This document shows, piece by piece, positions 24,701-35,000 of a DNA stretch of 64,000 nucleotides. The position numbers were made by a program, and so were the translations under genes. The notes below the pieces were generated by a model. The model did no database searches and was not told where the DNA came from. It saw nothing but the letters and a program-made list of their open reading frames with translations. The stretch's first letter is position 1. The number at the start of each line of letters is the position of its first letter. The DNA is from Ginglymostoma cirratum (Eukaryota): positions 23,718,601 to 23,782,600 of the forward strand of contig JAHRHZ010000009.1 in NCBI GenBank assembly GCA_024137785.1, read 5' to 3'.

Positions 24701-27700
24701 CTAACCATATGGAGGTTCTGTTTATACAAGCGGGGAAAGCAGCAAGCAGACAGGCAAACCTCCCTAGTTTGTCATACTTTAGCAAATTGTAAATGCAACA
24801 AATATATTCACACCACTATCTTTCTCGGTATGCTGAAGTTTCTGATGCGCTAAATGGGAGTATTGAACACTCAGCCAGGAGCCAAGTCTCTCTCTCTTGC
24901 CCGGACAATAGCCACAACCTCCCCCTTTTATCTCGAGATATTCTCAGATCTACTCCAGATTGCAGATTACAAACTTCAAAGTAACCGCGGTTGGAGGCGA
25001 TCTATCCAGCAGCGAATGGGACAACGAAGTACTATTGCCAAATGCTGGCTGTGGAAGTCAACTAAACAGGCCGGCTGATAGTCAAAATAACCACTTGAAG
25101 ATCTCCTCTGACGCGATCCTCTGTTGCTTGCACGTCTCAGATGAAGGGTTAACACTGGGGTCGAAGCGTTGCTCAATCCCGCTGTCGCTCTTCCAAACCC
25201 AATCAGTTAGGGGCCACGCTTTACCTTCCCAGGGCTGAGTCTTTACATGTGAAAGCGAGCGCGGAGCTGTGTCTGTAATCGCTGCTGAAAACTCGTTGAC
25301 TGTGTCTGTCTTTCCTCCCCCAGCAAGACAGTCAGACAAAAGCTGAAATGTATAAAACAAGGCAATCCATCACCCCGCAGATGGGAAGCAGGAACGGCGC
25401 GGAGCTGGAAAATGACTTGCCTACCCACTTTAACAATGGGCGAGAGCAGTGAAAGGTCACTGGGATGTTCCTTCCTGTAGCTATCTTACACCACTCAAGT
25501 TTGCAAAAGAGTCGGACGATACTTTCTTAAATTCTAGCCCTGTCATTTCCAATTTAATGCTTTTTGGTCATGCTTGTATTTAGATTCAGCAACAGCTACC
25601 CAGCATATCAATCCTAATTAGAGGATCTGGGGCTGCAAAGGACGGGCGATGGACGATTTGCATAATCTAATCATAAATACGCAGTGATACATATTTCCAA
25701 ATGCGTTTGTACAATTATCTTTCCATCCTTGGGGCAATCGTATTAATATGATTAGGCAATATTTCTGAAAATAAAAACAGGCAAGTATGCACTCTTTTTA
25801 ACCGCAGCTTAGGGCGATATGAAAAATTAATTAATTTCTGAAGAAAATCAATTTCTGTACGTGATCATATTAAAACCGAAGCCTAACCAAGACCCAAGTC
25901 CTGTTTCCTTCAAGTCTTCTCGGGGGGTTGTCAGCTCTGTGGAGGTAAACATTGTGATTGGTTTGGTGACAATGGGTAGTGTGGATTTATAATATTGGGA
26001 GGTGGGGGTGGAACGGGAAGACAACAAATCCAGATCAATTCTACACATTTCTCGAATTTGCTCCCCCCCCCAATTGAAGCAAGTCTTGATACACCAGCAG
26101 ATGTGCCTTCAGCCATTGTAATTGATTATTCACTGATTCACTCCCCAGCGGTAATACATTCAGGAAAAAAATGACAGCAATATTACAATGCAATTAGCAG
26201 TCACTTTTCCCCCTCCTTTTGAAATATTATTCCACAGCACATCAAGTGAATCGTTAAACACACTGCATTGGACATTTCGAGAAGGTCGCTGCATGATAAA
26301 AAGGGGCTGGTGATGCAGTTTGGATTATTCATAGCCTTGAAATGCAGTCTAAATAGAATGGAGGAGGAAGGGTTGTCGTGAAGCACCGCTGTCTCTTTAA
26401 GGGCAGCCCAGACCATTGAAGCACCGCGTTAGCAGCGGCTTTGTGAACCTGCGAACACATGGTGGTAAGTGTTAACCCATTAACTGCTGACCACCGTACG
26501 CTGCTGAGCCCTTAAAAGAATAAAGTTGAAGGTTGTTAGGGTCTCCGTTCCATTTACTTAAAAAAAATTGTATTTGCAAATATGCACTGAATCAGTGTGT
26601 CCCTGTCTCTAAAAACTCCAAGGCAGTTAAAACAGTAACAGGAGCACACTAAAAGATTCCACGGAGATTTTTTTTAAAATAAGTACAGCTGTCTGCTAAA
26701 GAGGTCGATCTCAAAAGGAGATGATTTGAAAAATGATTTTATTGGATCAGAATGCGCCATTTTGACTTAATTGGCATTAAGGCCACTTGAGTGAATTCTG
26801 CACTGTCTCATTTTTCAAGCAGTTTGGTTCCCACCCTGATCAGCCGTATGTCGTTCCTTTTTGAAGTTATTATTATCCCAATTCCCGCTTGGATGCGGTT
26901 GCTGGGTGACTGGTATCTTAGCACCCATTTCCACTCGATATGATCTGAATCTGATCCAGCAATTCCCCAATGAGCGACATAAAAAAAAGAGACCGCACAG
27001 CTTCCCTCATAAAAGAAACATCTGCATGGATCAGGCGCAGTGAGAGAAAAAAAAGTTGCCTTTTTTCATCCGACTGATCTTTCCCTCACGTAGACACAGC
27101 AGTCTCAACTGTACCGTCGATGTGAAATACTCATGACAAACACATAATGTCTTCTCCAGAAACTATAAATGTCGTTAGACCAGGAGTCTAGTTAAAACCC
27201 GCATGTTGCCAAAGTGAAACAGAACAGGCAAATGCAACAATATCATATAGTCACAGTGATATCATTCCAGATCATTCCTCACTAAACATCTCACACTTGC
27301 TCTGTGAACACTGGCATCTTAGTATTGAGATCTCATTTACTTCCAGAAAATCAAGCAGAAAAGTTTTGGCGTGGCTTAAAGCAAAGTTAGAGTGGGTTTG
27401 TTTCACTTTACGTTCCGGCAAAGAACATCAATTCCAGTTTGCTGTCGATTTATGATAATATCATTGGACTTCATGAAAAGATGGGCTGGGAAAGAAGGAC
27501 AAATGATGCTTTGATCACGGGGAGACCTTGACAGTAACAACAGTTCGATCGTTCTTGTTTTATTAAAATTTAATTGAAGTGATTTCTCATTGCCAGCGGT
27601 GGGAAATATTTCCAGGTTTGAAAGCTCAGTTTGCAAACAAGGTTGGCATTTTGACCCACGTGTTACTTTGTGATTCACGGTATTTAAAATAACCTACTGG

Positions 27701-30700
27701 TTAATAATACGATAATGGCATTTTTGTTTAAGTTTTGGTAGTTTGGAATGGTACCTTGCATATAACAGCCGAAGGGATACGGCCCATTTAATCTAGTCTT
27801 TTCAAAGAGATTTGATTGAAATACCGCTTAGAAACCATGACCTTTTGATGACACTTCTTGGCAGCAGGCGCATCTCACTGTCAAGCTATCGGATGACACC
27901 AAATGGCATCACAAACAACAAATGAGTTAGCAGCCCCACTGTAAAAGAAATGGCCAGCTAAAAGATGTTATAGTGCGAGGATCCAGTCTGCTCACTGTCT
28001 GATGGAAGATGCCTTTAATTCCGATTATGTGGACGCTTGCATTTTCAGCAATGATGCAATGCTTCCTGAAATAGTTCAGAGCGATTGTGAAAGTGATTGA
28101 TTTTAATCTTCACAGCCACTACCAGGTGCTTTGAAAGGCAATTATAAGCCTGTGTGTTCCAGTATTATCCAAGCACCTCGCTGCTATTAAACTCCCATGT
28201 ATCACTGCATTAAAGAACGGCCAGCCCACCCCCACATACACATACGCAGAATTTTATTGCAGGTATTATGTCAAAATTACAGTTCCCTTATTACTCAATA
28301 GCTAATTATTGTTCCAGTACTGATTCTAATCTAAATGTACTTAACTTTGAAATGTTCAGACTTTGGAAGTACGTGCATAAAGTTGTGCTGGTTGATTAAT
28401 CTTTTGTAATATCAAATATGTGGCCCTTGAGCCTTTTAGTTTATTCAACAACAGAGCCTTTATTAGGGTGTGTAAGATATATGTTTATTCAACAATCTGA
28501 AATTATGTAATGAAAGCAACATTTAAGGGACGTTAGTTGTCCATCAACATGGGGTAACAACTTCCTGTCATCTTGACAACTGAGCTAATGTCTCAGAAAT
28601 CCTTTACTCTTAATGATCCTGTCTGCACCTCTCCAATTAATAACTATATTTTCTAAGATGATTCTCTAACCATGTCACATCAATTGTGAAGCCCATTCTG
28701 CTAAATTACTGAAAGAAACAATAATTGTTCAAAGAACAATTGTTCTTCGAAAGGACAATTGTTCTTCCAAAGGACTCAAAGCTAGTCATTTGACATTAAA
28801 GTCATCCAGCATGCTTTCTGGGAACAATTGCTTTCTTTAGACTCAAAAGAAATAAAACAGATTATTTCAGAAATCACAGACAAGTTTAAGGGTAATTACA
28901 GAAAACATTATTAAGAAAAAGTCCTTACTATACAAGGCAATCCTTCAAACTGCTTGAATATTTGTTGGCATGATAAGCATTTGTATCAAAAGGGTACCAT
29001 AGTTTTCATTAACAAACTATAGCTGTTCATAACCTGTATGGTCCACAGGTTCAGAGTTTAGTTACAGTAAGTTTTGTTTACCAAGAAATTTCAACTTTCC
29101 AAATTGTCATTTTACTTAAACCTTTAAAAAGTATGTATTTTCCTTATCCAACTGTCGCTATCAGACTCCAGTGCATAGAATTAAGCAGTAATTCAAACTT
29201 ATGACATAATTGCTTCCCAATGTCAGTTGTGGCTTTTTTTTGTACAAACGGATCTTCTCTTCTGATATCTATTTCGTAAAAAAACCCATTTCTGCCACAT
29301 TCAAATGACAATATAAAATATAGCATCTCCTTTCAATAATGCTGCCATTATTATCACACTGTCCTCTTCCTATTCTTTTTTTCCCTCACTGTGAGACCCT
29401 GGACTGAGAACAAGTTACCTATGGGGAACAGAGTTACGTCAGTAGAAAAATGTTGCATATTCTCACTCACATCTGTTCTAGCCTATTGCCTCAATCACCT
29501 CCATTATAAACTAGTTTGTCGGCATGAAATAGTTACACACTTCAGGATTCTTTTACAGATGTCACAAATAGAATGTATTTGTATTTCTCCCTTGTACAAA
29601 GACTAATCTTAACAATGCAATGAATCACAAAGATCACAAATTACAAGATATACCTGTAAAACTTCAGATAATTACAATGCAAAGCCTCTTCTTTTCAATC
29701 TTCCACTGAATTTCTGATGGAAATGCTTCTTGTACCATGAACCGTTTGATGGGGAACTCCTACACTCATGTCAACTTAGACTTTGGCACCATGAAATGGA
29801 CATTTTGCTGTTGTCATTGAGACTTGATTTTCACTAAAATTGTTCAACTTTTCCCTTACAGAGCAGTTGTTGAAAACCTTTTAAAGGAGGCAAAAAAGTA
29901 CACATTTGAAAAGTAGATTTGGAATTGGTGTATCTCTGTTCAAAATATGCAACACTATTTTTGTAAGTGATACACCATGCATGGGTTTATCATGTGGAAT
30001 ATGATAATGGATAGCAGTAGTATTTATTTAATTGCAAAACATGATGTGGAACTAATCTTTATTTGTCAGTCAATCTGGATAGTTCCTGAAAATTTGCAAT
30101 TTCCTCAGTAATATGAGTCATTGAAGAGTTTCGGATGTCACATTTGGAAATTTAAAGTTGTACACAGAATCCAAGTCTTGGACTTATAAATAGAAATAGG
30201 AGAGAAAAATCAGTGGATACATCCTTGGCTTCCTTAAGTTTACTGTATATAGCAGGAGTATGTTGAGATAATTTTCAACAAAAAATATCGTAGTTCTAAT
30301 TAAATATTTTAATGAAAATGTGTGTATTGGAGTTAAGCACTAATAATAACAACATAGTGACCGAAGAAATCATTCCAGTATTATCAAGAAAACTAGCATG
30401 GTATATACACTGTACACACTAAAGAAAGTACCATTGCTGAACATAGTGAATATATTGCTAATGTATAGCTTACTTCACTCGTGAAATAACATATTATGCA
30501 TTCTGCTCAAGCTCAAGTACATGATCCAAGAATATTGATACTTTTGATTATGCATTCATCTATTCAAGTAATGTGCACAGAATACTGGATTTGAACAATG
30601 GTGTAATGTATTTTCATAGAACAAGATTCATGAAGTAGAATCTTGCCTCTTCTGTTAAATGTTATAGCCTGTTTATTAAAAAAAACTGATTAAAAGTGAT

Positions 30701-33129
30701 TTTGTATGTTAATTATGTAACAGACAATAATAGTATGTATTAAAATATTAAGCAGACTAATTCCATATTGAAAAGGTACTTGAGCACAGTACTAAAAATT
30801 GTGCACAGCTAGTCCACTGTCCAAAGATTTAATGATCTCCAAGACAAAACTTCTGCTTTTATAAAATATTTGCTTGAAAATTTACAGCAATAGTTGAATA
30901 GTTTCAGATTTGCATAAATCACTTATATATTTGCCAGTGCAATACATGTCATGTCACATCCCATATTACTGAATTGAGGAAAAGCTTGTCCTACTACACA
31001 GTAATGCATGCAGCAATTGTGCAGTGTATAAAGACTCTCCATTCAGTCAGTAAATATTTTATGCTCCATCACAGGATTAAACTGTGATGAAAGAAACTAA
31101 AATCACACATCTAACAAAAATAAACACTTGTCAATAGGAGGTGGGGGTAAAGTTATGATTTTCAAAACAGTGTATCCCTGCTCCATGGTATACTATGAAG
31201 TCACTTTCATCATTGCACTGTGTTAACGCTTTGATTATCTGAAGGGTAAATTGATTCAATACCTCTTTATGCACCAATGAGCATTAAGTGACAGTGATGG
31301 CTGATCAAGAGCCATAACTTTGGGTATAAGCTCAATGATTTGATAAGATTCTTAAACAGGATAACAACATTTTCTTTCCAAAAAGAATATTTATATTCAC
31401 ATTCTAAATACCTGTGGAACCATACTCCAGCAGCTACAGATCATTGTGAACTTCTCAACAAAATAGGCTAAGGATCATCTATTTAACCTTACTTATAACA
31501 AAGCTATGATATTTTTCAACAAGGAGTTATCAAGGTAATATATTTTAAAGCAGCTATTCCATGGGATGAGATCATACATCTGAATACCAGACTACACTGT
31601 GTCGGAAAAAGGCACCAACATGTTCCAATTTACTATTAAGTTCTTCAGATGAAAAAAAATCAGGTTCAGTGATAATAGGCAATAGATAGAAAAGTATCAT
31701 TTTTAATGCTAATTTTCCTTTAAACTCTGAAAGTTGGCTTATATTTTTAAAAGAAAACATGGATACTGTTTAATTACTTTAGATCAACAGAAACTTGATG
31801 AGGGCAAAGAGATAGTTATCAATGTGGATGCTGTGAATGTTGCCCTTGCAACATGTGATATAGCCAGAACTCTCTTTAAAATTGATATGGATCATTAAAG
31901 AGCACATTGTACATAAGAACTCAGTGATATGCCATATATTCTAAAGCAAAAAAAAGATCAAAGTAAAACTATTAATGGGTGGTGTAAAAGCACAATTGTT
32001 GGCAGCCATCTGGTACAGCTTGTTATTTTATAACACATCATGCAAGTGAGGGTACACTCAATGGCTTTTTATTAGTTTAAGCATTTATTCATGGAAGCCT
32101 CTTACTGTTGGTGAACAAAAGGTATTGCCAATTACATCTTATCTCCTTTGAAACTGATGTTACTTGTAATCGTGCAAGCATTAGGTAAACACAATCCTTT
32201 TGTAAGGTTCAACTTTAGGAGGACAAGAGAAAATATAGAGAACATTACAGGAAACATTTCAACGCTTATTATTGCAAAACGCACGACTGCGACTCGCGAG
32301 TTTTCCTCCAACAAGTACGTTCTTAAAAGTTAATGCTGCCTGTTCTTAAAGGGGAAGAAAGTTGCAAACACATATACCCTCTCGAAGAAACTGTTCGGAA
32401 ATTTGTTTTGGGATACGTAAGAGATACTATAAAGCGTTAGCTTAAAGCTCTGTTTACAGAACAAAATAGGGACAGACGTTGTCATTTGCTTTTAAACTCG
32501 ATACAAATTGATAGAAAGGGAAAACATTGCAAAGCTCCAGAACAGAGTGCAATTAACATGTCCTACGTACAACAGTTTTTTTTGCCGAAGCATTCTCTTC
32601 TATCGGAAGATTATCTCTTTCAGCGCCAGTTTGAGGTTTTCAGAAAACCCACTCAGGTGGATCCCACTCCGAAACCTGTGGCCCGAATGAACTTTCTGAT
32701 CAGACCAAAGGCATGGGCGCTGTTTTAATGGGATTGGCTGTGATCACCTCACTTTAGGGCAAAGCTGTCCGATCGGATCAGCAGGTGGGATTAGAAAGGG
32801 GAGGTGCGCGGGCTCCAGTTGATGATTTATATAATCAGAATAAAGAAACTAGGTTTTCATATGTATACACACACACACACACGTCAGTAAGGGTACTTTA
32901 GCCATCAGCACAGGTTACTGGCGACCAGGAACATGGGGATACCGAACAGGTGGCGCGTTACCAATGAATTGCTTGAACCGTTGGGTGTTTGTGGTATTTC
33001 GTACAGTTTGGGAGAATTTGCCCGAAAGCTGTTCAGTTGGTTGGGACTTGCGAGAACTCACCTTTGGAAACCTGCCACTTCAAACTGAAACCATCCGGTT
33101 GGAGTTTTAAGTGAGTTAACCGGGTAAGG

Positions 33130-33420
33130 GCATACGTGAGTGAAGGGGTGTGGGATGGGGAAAGGAGTTGTAAGGCTATGGGAGTGTAAGGGTAGAGGGC
33201 CAGGGAAGGGGGAGGATGATCAGGGAAAGAGGGCGGTGAGATGGGGGAGATGAAGAGGGAGGAGAGGGTGAGATAAGGGAAGATGAAGAGGGAGGCGATG
33301 AGGAGGAGAAATAAGGAGGAGGAGATGGGGAGAGATGAGGGGGAGATAAGGAAGGAAGGATGGGGAGGGATGAGGAAGGGAATGAGGAGAAGTGAGATGA
33401 GGTGGAAGATGGGGGAACAA
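33130..33420. repeat. Polypurine (G/A-rich) low-complexity tract at the start of intron 1
   Basis: About 290 bp made almost entirely of G and A on the plus strand (GGAGATGAAGAGGGAGG-type motifs). It generates several spurious ORFs. Confidence 0.85.
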
Positions 33421-33791
33421 CTCATCTTTAACCTTTATAACTGGGCACAAGGAGCTGTTACTTCTTTCAGCGTTTCAAAAAAAATCTCGCTTTTCTCTTT
33501 AACCGAACTTAAATTTCTGCTGCTAAGGAACGTAAGAGTTAAACTTTTGTTTGCTGCGGAGGGCGAGAGAGTTACCAGGGAAGCCAAGTTGCGGGGAGTT
33601 GCTGGAGTGAGAGCTCACTGTTCCCTATCCCTGAGCCCGAATTCTGCCCTGGATGGCCGTGTTGGTCTCTCTCTGGTCACTAGGAGCCTCTCTGTCAACC
33701 TCCCCCCAACCCCCATCCCCTCCTCCCCGCCTGAATGACCATTGCCCGCTCAGATGATAGCGTGGCCCGGGACACACTCTCTCTCTCTTAC

Positions 33792-34324
33792 CTGGCGTTG
33801 GTACAGTCGTTGTAGAGGATTTCGAAATCCTTCCTGGAGATGAGTTTACAGCGGTTGACCCCGGGCTGGATGGCGCCCAGGCCCCGCAGGATGCGCACTT
33901 GCTCCACATTGCAGACCACGGGCGTTATATCCAGCCTCTTCAACTTGGTGTAGACGGTGTGCAGCCCGCCGACCAGGTGCTTGAGGAAGAGGTCGAAGGC
34001 CTGGGGCAGGCAGATCAGCTCGTGTCCGTCCACGGTGAACGAGGCCACCTTGGCCCCCCGCAGCTCCACCATCCTGCACTCGTTGTTCTGCGGCGTGTTC
34101 TCGACCGGAGACGGCGTGGAATAAACCGGTTTCGTGCCGCCGTCCGCCCGGAATAAACTCTGTGCTGTCCCCGCTGTCCCTGGCCCTGCTCCCGCTGTAG
34201 CTCCGGCCGTCGAGGAAGTGATTGCAGGAGAAGATGAAGAGGAGGAAGATGAGGAGGATGAAGGGGTCGAGATTGGAGTCTGATTCACCGGAGCTGGTGG
34301 GATCAGTGCAACCGGAACAGCCAT
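33792..34324 (-). CDS. DACH1: Dachshund homolog 1, first coding exon (N-terminus plus the DD1/Box-N SKI-SNO-DAC domain); the gene continues beyond the left edge of the window
   Basis: Translation MAVPVALIPP...KPVYSTPSPVENTPQNNECRMVELRGAKVASFTVDGHELICLPQAFDLFLKHLVGGLHTVYTKLKRLDITPVVCNVEQVRILRGLGAIQPGVNRCKLISRKDFEILYNDCTNA. The MAVPxALIPP start and KPVYSTPSPVENTPQNNEC fit DACH1 rather than DACH2. Strong Kozak context GCAACCATGG. The exon ends AAC GCC AG|GTAAGA, a phase-2 donor. The ORF-track TTG start at 34405 is not the likely start. Confidence 0.96.
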
Positions 34325-35000
34325 GGTTGCTGGAACATAGAAAAATTGGGGGAAAAGGGAAAAAAAGACAAAAAAAATCCCCACTGTATTTCTCCTCTTG
34401 AACAAGAACCGGAATCAACACACGTTCATTTAAAAGAAAAGGTGGGTTTTGTGACTGATCAAAGTTGCTCTCGGCTCCTCCACTCGGCTGTTGAAGTTGT
34501 TATTATTGTTATTTTTTTGTAGAGAGAAGCGGAGAGAAGGCGAAAGACTGTCGGACAAACACACACACACACACACATAACACACACATAAACATCAAAA
34601 GGAGGAATGACATGTCACACGGTATCCCGGGGGCGGAGCAATTAACTTTCCAGCCAGGAATAAATCAAATAGCACCCTATCCACTCGCACCGAGAGAGAG
34701 AGAGAGAGACAAGCGAGCAGCTTCTTCTGGCTCCGCACAGCCAAGGAGAGAGCGAGTTGCAGAGCCGAGCCGGGCCGAGTTTACAAATAAATCACTTCTC
34801 GGATCTGTTAATTGCAATTTCGTGGAAACACAGAGGGATCAACTCGCCAAGTAGCAATCACTTGGGGCAGCAGAAATCCACCCACCGCTGAACATGATAA
34901 CCAGGCAGTACCACGATTAACCTGCCCCCACTTTTAAAAAAACATACCAATCAAACTGAAAACGCCCCCTCGCACACACAATAAATTAATGCAAGTCCAT
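34325..35000 (-). promoter_or_regulatory. DACH1 5' UTR and proximal promoter
   Basis: CpG-rich sequence directly upstream of the ATG. GC box GGGGCGGAG at 34630-34638, TCF/LEF-like ATCAAAG at 34458-34464, FOX-like GTTTAC at 34779-34784, ATAAATCA at 34660-34667 and 34787-34794, (CA)n near 34560-34590 and (GA)n near 34693-34709. The TSS cannot be determined from sequence. Confidence 0.6.

Larger units (their letters stand above)
1..33791 (-). other. DACH1: DACH1 intron 1 (partial, more than 33 kb)
   Basis: GTAAGA donor at 33791-33786. I found no downstream DACH exon (expected to continue ...SRPGRPPKR) in the ORF track or by eye. Confidence 0.8.

Noticed and set aside
33033-33738. ORFs of 130, 76 and 151 aa
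   Set aside because: Translations of the polypurine low-complexity tract.
34325-34405. 27-aa N-terminal extension of DACH1 in the ORF track
   Set aside because: It starts at TTG and translates a T-rich UTR; the ATG at 34324 has strong Kozak context and matches orthologue starts.
33846-34421. 191-aa alternative-frame ORF over DACH1 exon 1, and the antisense ORF at 33899-34156
   Set aside because: Neither ORF contains an ATG; these are shadows of GC-rich codon usage.
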